Assembly: GCA_963667665.2 (NCBI GenBank)
Contig: OY763927.2
Span: forward strand, 192,001-256,000
Length of the DNA stretch: 64,000 bases
Direction of reading: 5' to 3'
DNA from: Nitrosopumilus sp.
GTDB taxonomy: Archaea > Thermoproteota > Nitrososphaeria > Nitrososphaerales > Nitrosopumilaceae
In this document: piece after piece, positions 9,681 to 18,909 of the stretch
Position numbering within the stretch: the first letter of the stretch is position 1
How the letters are laid out: each line of letters opens with the position of its first letter
The notes under the pieces: model-generated
Seen by the model: only the letters and a program-made list of their open reading frames with translations
Databases searched by the model: none
Told to the model about the DNA's origin: nothing
Position numbers and translations under genes: made by a program

Positions 9681-10010
9681 TTACACTAAGGACTTGTCAG
9701 TTTTGTCCATTATTTCTAAACTTTCAGTAGGTTTTATTTTATTTTTCATATAAGGAATTGCGTTTTCTAATCCCTCCATTGAATTATAAATTGTGTTTCT
9801 TTGGTATTCGCTAAGTGAAGAGCCCATTCGTTGTTCATACTCTGAAATTTCTAGAGAAAGTTTTCTAACATCATTCATAAGTTCATTAGCATTTGTAATA
9901 GGATCTACATGATTACTCCAACCAAAGGTAAGTTTTGTAATTTTTAATACTAGCTCAGAAATTTGCATATTTTTCAATAGACCTTCTTCATCAATTTTTT
10001 GCGAATCCAT
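9681..10010 (-). CDS. hypothetical protein
   Basis: ORF with likely ATG start at 10010 (MDSQKID...). Confidence 0.6.
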   Translation of the reverse strand: MDSQKIDEEGLLKNMQISELVLKITKLTFGWSNHVDPITNANELMNDVRKLSLEISEYEQRMGSSLSEYQRNTIYNSMEGLENAIPYMKNKIKPTESLEIMDKTDKSLV

Positions 10011-10076
10011 AAAAGTTGAAAAATGCTGTTTACTACTTAAGCATTTGTGATTAATAGTAAAAAACATCAGGCTCAA

Positions 10077-10334
10077 TCAATAATATTCTTCATGAAGATA
10101 GCACCACTTCCAAATGTCTCCTGGAATTGCCTTCATTACAGAATGCCCAGTTTCTTCAAAGTGCTTTGTTGCATGTTTACCAATTGATGAATCACAGCAA
10201 CCAACATGACCGCATGTTAAACACATTCTAATTGCAACTACTGGTAAATGTTCTTTTTCACATTCCTCACAACTTTTTGTATTTGGCGTGGTTCCTTTTT
10301 TTTCTTGAGAAAAATGTTCACATTGTTTTGACAT
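10077..10334 (-). CDS. UBP-type zinc finger protein
   Basis: CEH, CEEC, RMCLTCGHVGCCDSS..KHATKHFEETGH, WKWCY. Confidence 0.9.
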   Translation of the reverse strand: MSKQCEHFSQEKKGTTPNTKSCEECEKEHLPVVAIRMCLTCGHVGCCDSSIGKHATKHFEETGHSVMKAIPGDIWKWCYLHEEYY

Positions 10335-10335
10335 T

Positions 10336-10875
10336 TCAGTATTTTTTTAGAGTATCTTTGTATCTCTTTACAGAGTCAATGATTACTATTTTTGCCTCTT
10401 TTGCTGTTCCCCATCCTAAAATTTCTACTTTCTTTCCTTCCAAATCTTTGTAAACTTGGAAAAAGTGTGCAATCTCTGAGCGATAGTGATCTTCTATGTT
10501 TGTAATGTCTGTGGTGTGTAAATATCTAGGATCATTTGTTGAGACACAAATAATTTTGTCATCTGATTCTCCATCATCTTTCATTTGAAGTAATCCTATT
10601 GGTCTTGCTTCAATGAGAATTCCAGGATATGTTGGGTTAGTTACTAGTACTAGTGCGTCAAGTGGGTCCCCATCTTCAGATAACGTTTGAGGTACTAGTC
10701 CATAATCTCCTGGATAATGAAATGGCGAAAACAATACTCTGTCAAGCTTTATCATGTTGTGTTTTTTATCATATTCATATTTGTTCATGGATCCTTTTGG
10801 AATCTCTACAATTACATTGATAATTTCAGGAATATCTGACCCTGATTCGATATCGTGCCAAAAATTTTTACTCAA
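10336..10875 (-). CDS. ppa: inorganic pyrophosphatase
   Basis: EIPKGS.NKYE, YPGDYG, DGDPLD signature. Confidence 0.96.
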   Translation of the reverse strand: MSKNFWHDIESGSDIPEIINVIVEIPKGSMNKYEYDKKHNMIKLDRVLFSPFHYPGDYGLVPQTLSEDGDPLDALVLVTNPTYPGILIEARPIGLLQMKDDGESDDKIICVSTNDPRYLHTTDITNIEDHYRSEIAHFFQVYKDLEGKKVEILGWGTAKEAKIVIIDSVKRYKDTLKKY

Positions 10876-10972
10876 TTTCTAACTCTCCAGTTTACTTATT
10901 CGGTATATGTATTCTATGAATGATTTTCTAAATTCGGAAAAATATTTTATCTTGTTTTATTATGAATGTTTA

Positions 10973-11539
10973 TTGGCAAAAATTGTAGTAATCCTTGGCT
11001 CTGTAAGATCTGAACGAAATGGAATTAAGGTTGCAAAATGGGTTGTTGGCAAACTAAAAGAAAAAGGCCACCAAGTTTGATTGGTAGATCCTGTAGAATT
11101 AGACCTACCATTATTAGACAAAATGTACAAAGAGATGAAATCCCCTCCTGAAAAATTACAGGAACTTCAAAAAATCATTAAAGATGCAGATGGGTACATC
11201 CCAATAGCTCCTGAATACAATCATAGTATATCTTCTGCTATGAAAAACACATTGGATTATTTCTTAGAAGAATATTTTTTCAAACCTTCAGATATCATAT
11301 CTTATTCTGTAGGTCCTTTTGGTGGTATTGTTGCAGGAAATCATCTTCGACAAATATTAGCAGAAATGGGTGCATCTGCTATTCCTTCACAACTTCCAAT
11401 CTCCAAAGTCCATGAAACCTTTGATGATGGAAATCTTCTTGATGAAAACTATGATAGAAGATTTTCAAGATTTCTAGATGAGTTTGAATGGTATGTTACA
11501 GCTTTGGCAAAACAAAGAGAATCTGGGACGCCTTATTGA
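10973..11539 (+). pseudogene. NADPH-dependent FMN reductase with an in-frame TGA
   Basis: TTG 10973 gives MAKIVVILGSVRSERNG...GHQV* (TGA 11078-11080), in frame with 11081..11539, which contains APEYNHSISSAMKN. Confidence 0.8.
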
Positions 11540-11541
11540 TC

Positions 11542-11973
11542 TTACACTTGATCATTGGTGTTTGGAATTACTCTGAAGATTTTTACAGTGTAATCTCCTT
11601 CAAAGACATTTACAACTTTTCCTGTACTTGAATCAAGACTTGTAACTCTGAATTTGTACTCATAAGAGCCATCTCCTTTCACGTCAACTTGTGTAAAGTG
11701 AACTGGATCTTCTCCCTTGTAAAATTGAATGATCACTGGATATCTTTCAACATAATCAGATGCTGCTCCTTTCACAAATCCCCATGGAAGCTTGTTGTCT
11801 TGAGGAATACTCATTGTAGTTGTAGTCTGTTGCAAACTTGTCTCCTCACTAATTGGAGTCACAGTTATGCTGTTTTGACTAGTATGGGCTGAAATATCCT
11901 CTGGGATCATCATTATGGCAAATACTGTCATAATTGATGCAATCAAAAATATGCTTGATTTTGTATTCATCAA
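11542..11973 (-). CDS. hypothetical secreted protein
   Basis: N-terminal hydrophobic signal-like segment, beta-rich C-terminus. Confidence 0.7.
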   Translation of the reverse strand: MMNTKSSIFLIASIMTVFAIMMIPEDISAHTSQNSITVTPISEETSLQQTTTTMSIPQDNKLPWGFVKGAASDYVERYPVIIQFYKGEDPVHFTQVDVKGDGSYEYKFRVTSLDSSTGKVVNVFEGDYTVKIFRVIPNTNDQV

Positions 11974-12031
11974 TCTCTCTTTTTTTGTAAACCCTTTAAA
12001 ACTTTGTTACTAATTTGTTCCAACTTTGTTA

Positions 12032-12172
12032 TTATGGTAATTCATCTTCTAAATCTGAACATGCCTTGTGAACCCATTTTTCATTAGAGTTTTTTATGAT
12101 CTCTTTACCCACTTTGATCTCTCCTCCACATTCTACACATTTTCCATTAAATCTGGCTTTCACAAATTTCAA
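12032..12172 (-). CDS. small zinc-finger protein (46 aa)
   Basis: translated by eye from TTG: MKFVKARFNGKCVECGGEIKVGKEIIKNSNEKWVHKACSDLEDELP (CxxC...HxxC). Confidence 0.7.
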   Translation of the reverse strand: MKFVKARFNGKCVECGGEIKVGKEIIKNSNEKWVHKACSDLEDELP

Positions 12173-12226
12173 CTGTTTTTATCCAATTTTAACTAACTAA
12201 TTTGAGATCTTTCTTAATTCTTGTTT

Positions 12227-12973
12227 TCATTTATCTAAAACACATGAATTGGCATCAGGATCAAAGACGGTTCCTGCACCACATTTTGAATTAGCTTCAG
12301 TAGATGTCTCTACCTCACTTGTTGAATCTTTAGACTCTATTACACTTCCTAAAACACATGAATTGGCATCAGGATCAAAGACGGTTCCTGCACCACATTT
12401 TGAATTAGTTTCAGTAGATACAATCATCTCGCTTGTTGAATCTTTAGCCTCTATTTTGTCCTCTATGGGATCCTCTGTACTCCGTCTCTCTAGATCATTG
12501 TCCAAAAAGCCTTGGCTATATGCACCACCAATTATTATTAAAATTAAAACAGGAATACCAATTAAAATGGGAATTTTTAATCTAATACTTCTTGTCTGAT
12601 TTTTTGACCTAGCAGATGGCATTTGCACATCTGCTGTTTTAGGTTCTGCACCAACTTCAAAAATAGAAGAGCCACAAACCATGCAAAAATTAGCTCTTGT
12701 TGGACTCTTTTTTCCACATTTCCAACAATGAATCATGTCCTTATCTTCAGACTCACTTTCTGTCTTTTCAACAATCTCTGATTCTATATCGGGCTGGTCT
12801 ATACGATGCTTGACTAGGTATTTCTCTCTTAGTTGTTCTAGGTATCTATCATCACTCTTCCAAATAGTGTTGTTTAGGATGTGTGCTTGTTTGATATGCT
12901 CTAGTCTGTATGGATCCCCCACCCCGAGTTTCAATAATGCGTTTACATTATCTATAACGTCTTTGGAATCCAT
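12227..12973 (-). CDS. zinc-ribbon membrane protein with duplicated Cys-containing C-terminal motif
   Basis: CWKC/CMVC double ribbon, one TM segment, two copies of NSKCGAGTVFDPDANSCVL (about 114-bp DNA period). Confidence 0.75.
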   Translation of the reverse strand: MDSKDVIDNVNALLKLGVGDPYRLEHIKQAHILNNTIWKSDDRYLEQLREKYLVKHRIDQPDIESEIVEKTESESEDKDMIHCWKCGKKSPTRANFCMVCGSSIFEVGAEPKTADVQMPSARSKNQTRSIRLKIPILIGIPVLILIIIGGAYSQGFLDNDLERRSTEDPIEDKIEAKDSTSEMIVSTETNSKCGAGTVFDPDANSCVLGSVIESKDSTSEVETSTEANSKCGAGTVFDPDANSCVLDK

Positions 12974-13228
12974 ATTCGTTTCTATTATGGACTATTCTAA
13001 ATTGTTTCCTTTTAGAACAACGAGATACATGGAAAACACATGATTCTAGGACGTTTTTTTAACATGAGGTATTTTCCAGACCTATCATTCTACGACGCAG
13101 AACAAAGGCTTCTCGTTATATTGTATATGTCAAAATACTATATAACAATTATTCATACTTTCAGATAACATGTGATTTTTAGATGAAGTAAGACTCTTAA
13201 TTGATGAACATATGAAATCAAGAGTTCG

Positions 13229-13861
13229 ATGTTCACAGAAATAATGATGATTGGCGGATTATTTTGGTCTGTAACATATATTCTAATTATTAGACGAGGC
13301 TTCAAAGATAAAACATTTGGAATGCCCATGGCTGCACTTTGTGCAAATATTTCATGGGAGGTAATATTTGCATTTTTCATTCCACATGATGCCCCTCAGA
13401 TTTATGTAAATTATATCTGGTTTTCTTTGGATGTGGTAATTGTAATACAATTTTTAAAGTATGGAAAAAAGGAATTCTCAAATATTCCTAAATGGCAGTT
13501 TTTTGCCGTATTTGCATTAGGAATAGCAATTGCAATTCCAATGATTTTGGCGATAAATTATGAATTTGAAGATGAAACTGGGGCATATGCTGCATTTGGA
13601 CAAAATCTTGTGATGTCTATATTGTTTGTGACAATGCTGATAAACAGAAAAGGTATTGGCGGTCAGTCATTCTACATTGCATTATTCAAGATGATTGGAA
13701 CTGCAATAATCAGTTTAGCGTTTTATCAATACAAGTCTCTTGCTCAAGATTCAATTTTGCTGCAATTTCTTTTTGTATCGATATTTATTTTTGATTTAAT
13801 CTATACAATTGGAATTTATCGCAAGTGTAAACACAATGGAATTTCTTTAAAGCAATTCTAG
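13229..13861 (+). CDS. integral-membrane terpene cyclase-like protein (PaxB/Pyr4/XiaE family)
   Basis: WSVTYILIIRRGFKDKTFGMPMAALCANISWE, GQSFYIALFKMIGT and DLIY motifs; about 7 TM segments. Confidence 0.75.
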   Translation: MFTEIMMIGGLFWSVTYILIIRRGFKDKTFGMPMAALCANISWEVIFAFFIPHDAPQIYVNYIWFSLDVVIVIQFLKYGKKEFSNIPKWQFFAVFALGIAIAIPMILAINYEFEDETGAYAAFGQNLVMSILFVTMLINRKGIGGQSFYIALFKMIGTAIISLAFYQYKSLAQDSILLQFLFVSIFIFDLIYTIGIYRKCKHNGISLKQF

Positions 13862-14053
13862 AATCTAATTTTCATGTTCTTACGACTTCATATCCTGATA
13901 CATCCGAGTTCCAGATTATCTTAACATCAGATGTCGATTCAAAATTTGAAATAAAAATAGTCATATCCAAAGAAATATTGTAATCTTTTGCAAGAAATGT
14001 AAGAATTATAACATAAAATCACATTTATAAAAAATTAGATTTGATTAAATCTG

Positions 14054-14587
14054 TTGAGTAAAACAAAAGATGAGGTATTCAGTTTACGATTTACAAAAGA
14101 ACGAGCAGATGCTATTAGACTGACAGCAAAAGAACACAACATTTCACCTACCAAAGCAGCTGAAAATATAATCATTAACAATATTGATGTTTTGAATAAA
14201 TGCTTCAAACGTCAAGATTTGATAGTGCAGCGTGGAGAGATAAAAAAACTATACAATAAATTCTCAAAAGAGGAATTAGATGAATGGGTTGGAGAAAAAT
14301 ACGAATCAACACGATCATGTATGCGATTATTTTCTCCAATGTTGCAATTTGAAGAGATGGTATCTACAATGTCTTTATGGTTCAAACAAAACGGCCATCA
14401 TTTGTATTATGACGATAGTGAAGGAATTAGAACCATAGTGTGTGCCAATAGTGATATGGGACATAATTGGCTTTATGTGAATGGAATGGTATATTTCAAA
14501 ATGTTCAATGATGCAAACTATTCAACAAGCAATTTTGAATCAAATGATGAAAAATTTGAATTTAAAATAAAAATTCCAAGACATTGA
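14054..14587 (+). CDS. hypothetical protein with RHH-like N-terminus
   Basis: FSLRFTKERADAIRLTAKEHNISPTKAAENII. Confidence 0.65.
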   Translation: MSKTKDEVFSLRFTKERADAIRLTAKEHNISPTKAAENIIINNIDVLNKCFKRQDLIVQRGEIKKLYNKFSKEELDEWVGEKYESTRSCMRLFSPMLQFEEMVSTMSLWFKQNGHHLYYDDSEGIRTIVCANSDMGHNWLYVNGMVYFKMFNDANYSTSNFESNDEKFEFKIKIPRH

Positions 14588-14780
14588 TCATAAATTTGAA
14601 TAAATCAAAGAACAAAAACCTTTTTCACCCTTTTCAAAATCTTGTCCACATTTTACACATCTTGGCATACTTTTTTTTGAAATCTTCAAGAGGAATATAA
14701 TAATTATCTCTCAGATAATTCCCATTTTTGGGAAGTATTATATTCAAATATATGATATTCATAAAAATAGATTTTAAGAA

Positions 14781-14882
14781 TTGGTTAAGAGAATACAATG
14801 TCCTCATTGTAAAAAACATCTAGCTGGGGAATCTAATCTGCAAAGACACATCAAAACCATTCATAAATCTAAGAATTCTTGA
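14781..14882 (+). CDS. C2H2 zinc-finger microprotein (33 aa)
   Basis: translated by eye from TTG: MVKRIQCPHCKKHLAGESNLQRHIKTIHKSKNS. Confidence 0.6.
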   Translation: MVKRIQCPHCKKHLAGESNLQRHIKTIHKSKNS

Positions 14883-14911
14883 AATTTGAAAATACAACCG
14901 ATTTGGAAAAA

Positions 14912-15043
14912 TTAGAATTTTTTCTTATGAATATGATCCCAACAACAACAATAATTCCATGTACAGTTCTTACATGTTAAAGGTGATGGCGAATTCTTGC
15001 ATTCTTCAGGAGTACAACCACAATCGGCACATTTCCTTGACAT
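14912..15043 (-). CDS. small Cys-rich (metallothionein-like) protein, 43 aa
   Basis: MSRKCADCGCTPEECKNSPSPLTCKNCTWNYCCCWDHIHKKKF; the longer called ORF overlaps the tRNA, so ATG 15043 is preferred. Confidence 0.6.
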   Translation of the reverse strand: MSRKCADCGCTPEECKNSPSPLTCKNCTWNYCCCWDHIHKKKF

Positions 15044-15126
15044 GACTCTAAAAAAAATGAGATAATATGAACATATTAAGTATATGTAATTATTTAAAAA
15101 ATCTGTTTCGATTTGATAAAATATTA

Positions 15127-15223
15127 TGGTGGACCGAATGGGATTTGAACCCACGACCTTTGCGGGAAATAATTCCTTACGCAGTGTGAGTGCGTCATCC
15201 AAACCAAACTAGACGACCGGTCC
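15127..15223 (-). tRNA. tRNA-Val(CAC) with a 19-nt intron in the variable loop (15159-15177) and encoded CCA
   Basis: acceptor GGACCGG/TCGGTCC-A-CCA, anticodon arm ACGCA-CTCACAC-TGCGT, T-arm GTGGG-TTCAAAT-CCCAT; BHB motif at the intron boundaries. Confidence 0.92.
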
Positions 15224-15318
15224 AACAAATTTACAAAATAACAAGCTTTTCTGTCTTTAGATTTTCAGATATTTCGTAATTACCCAGCCCTTTTGTATCA
15301 ATTTTCAAAATATCATAC

Positions 15319-15567
15319 ATGTCCTTACAGGAATTTGATGCCTTGATTGATAAAATGACTTTAGCATTTGAATATGCAGACAATCTTGGACAATTTGTTG
15401 ATGCTGCCAAAATTTTATTCCAAATGAATGAAGAATTACCTGATGATATTCAGCTAAATCTTGAGGAATTAGAAAATCCTGAAACTGCAAAATCATTCAT
15501 TATGCAATACAGTTCTGAGTTAAAATTTGCAATTGTAGAGTATAGGCAAAGATTGATGAATTACTAA
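15319..15567 (+). CDS. hypothetical protein
   Basis: 82 aa acidic helical ORF with core composition. Confidence 0.7.
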   Translation: MSLQEFDALIDKMTLAFEYADNLGQFVDAAKILFQMNEELPDDIQLNLEELENPETAKSFIMQYSSELKFAIVEYRQRLMNY

Positions 15568-15569
15568 TT

Positions 15570-15737
15570 CTATTTCTTTACACCGAGATTTCTGTTCTTT
15601 AATCTCAAGTATGGGTTTCTGCATTTTCTGCATCTTGTAGCGCCAATATCATTTCTGCATCCACACTTGAAGCAAATTTTCATTACAAGACGTGCTTGTT
15701 GTGCAATGCGTTTTTTTTCAGGATCTGTAATTGGCAT
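15570..15737 (-). CDS. rpl40e: 50S ribosomal protein L40e
   Basis: not in the ORF track; MPITDPEKKRIAQQARLVMKICFKCGCRNDIGATRCRKCRNPYLRLKNRNLGVKK. Confidence 0.93.
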   Translation of the reverse strand: MPITDPEKKRIAQQARLVMKICFKCGCRNDIGATRCRKCRNPYLRLKNRNLGVKK

Positions 15738-15768
15738 TTAATTCACTCCAAAATCTCTCTCTTTTATT

Positions 15769-16686
15769 CTAATCGGATTTTTCCATCTTTCCTGCTAATA
15801 ATACAGGTACTTCTGCAGGTCTTTTTGCAACAGGAATGTTTGCCTTGTTAAACATTGATACTTTGGATTCAGCAGAACCATAAGTTCCCATTACAATAGC
15901 TCCAGCGTGCCCCATTCTCTTTTCTTTGGGGGCTGCACGTCCTGCAATGTATGCTACAGTTGGTTTGTTAAATCCTGAATCCATAATTCTTTGAGCTAGA
16001 ATTTCTTCAGAGTCGCCACCAATCTCTCCTACTATTACTAGTCCCTCTAAACCTGGAATGTCTTTTATCATTTCAAATGCATCAATGAGTCTTGTTCCAT
16101 TTACTGGGTCTCCGCCAATCCCAATTGTAATTGATTGTCCAAATCCTGCAGTAGTTAATGCATCTGAAATCTCATAAAGTAAAGTTCCACTTTTGGATAA
16201 AACAGCAATGTTTCCAGCTTTAAATGGCATTGGTGGCATTATACCAACTTTGATTAGTTCTGGAATCATAATTCCTGGAGTGTTTGGTCCAATGACTATT
16301 GCACCTTTTTGTTTTGCTAATTCAATTGTCTCCATCGTATCTCTAATTGGGACGTATTCAGGAATTGCAACTAGTAGTTTGATTCCTGCTTCTAGTGCCT
16401 CTTTTGCAGCACCAAGGAAGAATTTTGCTGGAACATAGATAATTGAAATTTTTGCACCCGTTGCATCTACTGCCTCTTTCATGTTATTGTAAATTGGAAC
16501 ACTGTCATTCCATGTTTGGCCTCCTTTGCCTGGTGTTACTCCTGCAACAACATTGGTACCATATGCAATCATATTTGTTGCATGTACTGAGCCATATGAC
16601 CCTGTAATTCCTTGAACAATTACTCCTTTTTTCTCATAATCTGAATCTCCAGGATTTCCTTTTAGTAGTTCAAAAATATCAGTCAT
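15769..16686 (-). CDS. sucD: succinyl-CoA synthetase alpha subunit
   Basis: VQGITG, GVTPGKGG, GPNTPG, RMGHAGAI (phospho-His). Confidence 0.96.
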   Translation of the reverse strand: MTDIFELLKGNPGDSDYEKKGVIVQGITGSYGSVHATNMIAYGTNVVAGVTPGKGGQTWNDSVPIYNNMKEAVDATGAKISIIYVPAKFFLGAAKEALEAGIKLLVAIPEYVPIRDTMETIELAKQKGAIVIGPNTPGIMIPELIKVGIMPPMPFKAGNIAVLSKSGTLLYEISDALTTAGFGQSITIGIGGDPVNGTRLIDAFEMIKDIPGLEGLVIVGEIGGDSEEILAQRIMDSGFNKPTVAYIAGRAAPKEKRMGHAGAIVMGTYGSAESKVSMFNKANIPVAKRPAEVPVLLAGKMEKSD

Positions 16687-17789
16687 TTTTTTACTCCCAT
16701 CACTGCTGCATTAATTGCCTCTTCAACTGAATCATAAATCTTAGTTTTAGAACCTTGAAGCATCTCTTTTGCTTTTTCAGATTCCGTTCCCTTTAGTCTA
16801 GCAAATACTGGAATGTCAATTAGATTATTCTCATATGCTTGCAAAAATGCTTTAGCTACTACTGTTGTTTTTACAATTCCTCCATACAGATTAACTAGAA
16901 TTCCTTTAACTCCATTTAATTTGTTAATCAAAGTTAAAGCTTCATAAACTGATTCTGTAGTTGCACCACCACCTACATCTAAGAAACATGCAGGCTTTCC
17001 TCCATTATCTGATAACATATCAAGTGTAGACATTACAAGTCCTGCACCGTTTCCAACTACTGCAATGTCTCCATCTAATTCAACTAATGAGAATCCACTT
17101 TTTTCTGCTCTCTCTTCTATCTTTGATTTCTCTTGATATTTTTGTAATTCATCGTGTCTGAAATTACTATTGTCATCTGTAACAAATTTACCATCAAGTG
17201 CAATTATAGAATCATCTTGCATGATTGCAAGTGGATTAATTTCTACAAGCTCAGTCTCTTTTTCAATTGTAAGCTTTGATAATTTTTTCAAAGTATCAAT
17301 AAAACCATCTGCAGTTTTTCCATCTAATCCAATCTCTTTTGCAACATCACTTGCAATCTCATCTGAAACATCACCCATTCCAACTTCTTTAATGATTTGA
17401 GTTTTTATTGACTCAATTTCAACACCTCCTTCTGCTGATGCAATAATTGTATAGCATCTTTTAGAGCGGTTCAAAAATATTGAAAGGTATAATTCTTTTT
17501 TGATGTCTGCCATCTTTTCTAATAGAATTGCTCTTGCTTTTTCTCCCTTGATTGTCAAATCCATTACTTGAGGATACTTTAGCTCAAATTCATCATCATT
17601 ATGGCACATTTGGATACCTCCTGCCTTTCCTCTTCCACCTACTGGAACCTGGATTTTAATCACAAATGGGTATCCTAACTCTTTTGCATGCTTTCTTCCT
17701 TCCTCTATATTGGTAGATGATTTACTATCAAGAAGATTAATCCCATATTCTCGAAATAATTCCTTTGCTTGAAACTCTAATAATTGCAT
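16683..17789 (-). CDS. sucC: succinyl-CoA synthetase beta subunit
   Basis: LLEFQAKELF, GGRGKAGGI, EINPL, GNGAGLVMST, FLDVGGGA. Confidence 0.96.
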   Translation of the reverse strand: MQLLEFQAKELFREYGINLLDSKSSTNIEEGRKHAKELGYPFVIKIQVPVGGRGKAGGIQMCHNDDEFELKYPQVMDLTIKGEKARAILLEKMADIKKELYLSIFLNRSKRCYTIIASAEGGVEIESIKTQIIKEVGMGDVSDEIASDVAKEIGLDGKTADGFIDTLKKLSKLTIEKETELVEINPLAIMQDDSIIALDGKFVTDDNSNFRHDELQKYQEKSKIEERAEKSGFSLVELDGDIAVVGNGAGLVMSTLDMLSDNGGKPACFLDVGGGATTESVYEALTLINKLNGVKGILVNLYGGIVKTTVVAKAFLQAYENNLIDIPVFARLKGTESEKAKEMLQGSKTKIYDSVEEAINAAVMGVKK

Positions 17790-17829
17790 GCAAAAATTCT
17801 GGATTTTACGATCCTTATTAATTATGATA

Positions 17830-18159
17830 TTATCTTAGTTGCTCCTCAAGAAAATCAATCATTTCTAAAAAGCGATCCTTGCTTTTTCTCAATAATTCTT
17901 GAGGATATTCTTTAATTGTAAATACAAATTGTTGATGAAAGCTTGGCACTAAAATTCCTCCTGATACAACCATTTGCTCAATTACATATCCTTTGGTAAG
18001 AGTACATACAATTTCTTCATATGATTCTTCTTCTTCTTCTAGGGTTTGTCTGTAAAGAACGATAGGCTTGTTTGTCTTTGCAACAATACTTGATCCCTTT
18101 TCTAATAAATCGGATAATTGTTGAATCTGCCACGCATCCAAACTAATCTGCTTTACCAT
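17830..18159 (-). CDS. hypothetical protein
   Basis: 109 aa ORF with core composition. Confidence 0.7.
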   Translation of the reverse strand: MVKQISLDAWQIQQLSDLLEKGSSIVAKTNKPIVLYRQTLEEEEESYEEIVCTLTKGYVIEQMVVSGGILVPSFHQQFVFTIKEYPQELLRKSKDRFLEMIDFLEEQLR

Positions 18160-18269
18160 ATTCTTAATACGTGATTTTTATATTTAACCGTGATAAAACA
18201 ATGCATATTCACTATTTGTCATCAATAAAGTAACCTGAGAAATATAAAATAAAGAAAATGATTTGGCAT

Positions 18270-18857
18270 TTATGCCATATCTAGTGCTCGAGAGTGTCTT
18301 TTAGTATGTGGTCTTTCTCCAGCATACTTTCTTCGCATGTGCCCTGATGGTCTTCCATAGATTAACTCTAGGAACCATGACTCATGTTCAATTTCTTCTG
18401 CTAAGATATCTTTTGCAATGTCATATGTTGTAGGATCTTTTCCTAATGTCATCTGGCAAATTTTGTTCCAGTTGACTAGTGCACCTTGTTCTGCTTTGAG
18501 ACATTTTTGTAGGATTTCTTTATAATTAGTTGGATTTGCTGGAAGCTGTAAGAATTCACAACCTGACATTTTGATAAATTCAGTTGCATCATTTGGAAGA
18601 GTACCTCCTAATTGGTAGATTCTTTCAAGACATGATTCAAAGTGGCTAAGATCTTCTAATCTTGCATCCTCGATAATTCCTTTGAGTCCTTCTCCTTCCA
18701 TACCTGTGCAATGTGCTCTGAGATTGGTAAAGTAGTAGTATGCCGTAAATTCAACTGCAGCATTTTTGATTAACTCTTTTAACAACTCGTCAACATCAAG
18801 GCCATTTTGTTTTAGAACGTTAATTCCAACAACATTTGGGGTTTCTGATTTGGACAT
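18270..18857 (-). CDS. Dps-like (DpsL) ferritin-family DNA protection protein
   Basis: EFTAYYYF, EDARLEDLSHFE, EEIEHESWF, PSGH. Confidence 0.9.
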   Translation of the reverse strand: MSKSETPNVVGINVLKQNGLDVDELLKELIKNAAVEFTAYYYFTNLRAHCTGMEGEGLKGIIEDARLEDLSHFESCLERIYQLGGTLPNDATEFIKMSGCEFLQLPANPTNYKEILQKCLKAEQGALVNWNKICQMTLGKDPTTYDIAKDILAEEIEHESWFLELIYGRPSGHMRRKYAGERPHTKRHSRALDMA

Positions 18858-18909
18858 TTCCTTATGAAATTTATGATTCTAATAAAAGTATTACATTAAT
18901 TCTTAAAAT

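Noticed and set aside
10077-10334. UBP-type zinc finger as part of the ubiquitin-like system
   Set aside because: it lies 6 kb away in core-composition DNA, coupled to ppa and outside the island; stand-alone zf-UBP proteins are common in prokaryotes
1058-11080. genome-wide TGA-to-Trp/Sec recoding suggested by two internal TGAs
   Set aside because: TGA terminates many clear genes here (Ubl, E2, JAB, E1, uvrA, sucC) and TGG is used normally for Trp
13000-15127. integrated element at the tRNA-Val 3' end
   Set aside because: I found no duplicate of the tRNA 3' end and no integrase nearby in this window
14912-15202. 96-aa ORF as called in the track
   Set aside because: its 5' half runs through the tRNA gene; only the Cys-rich 43-aa part from ATG 15043 is plausible
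15570-15737. rpl40e as a ubiquitin fusion, as in eukaryotes
   Set aside because: it is a stand-alone 55-aa ORF with no Ubl moiety
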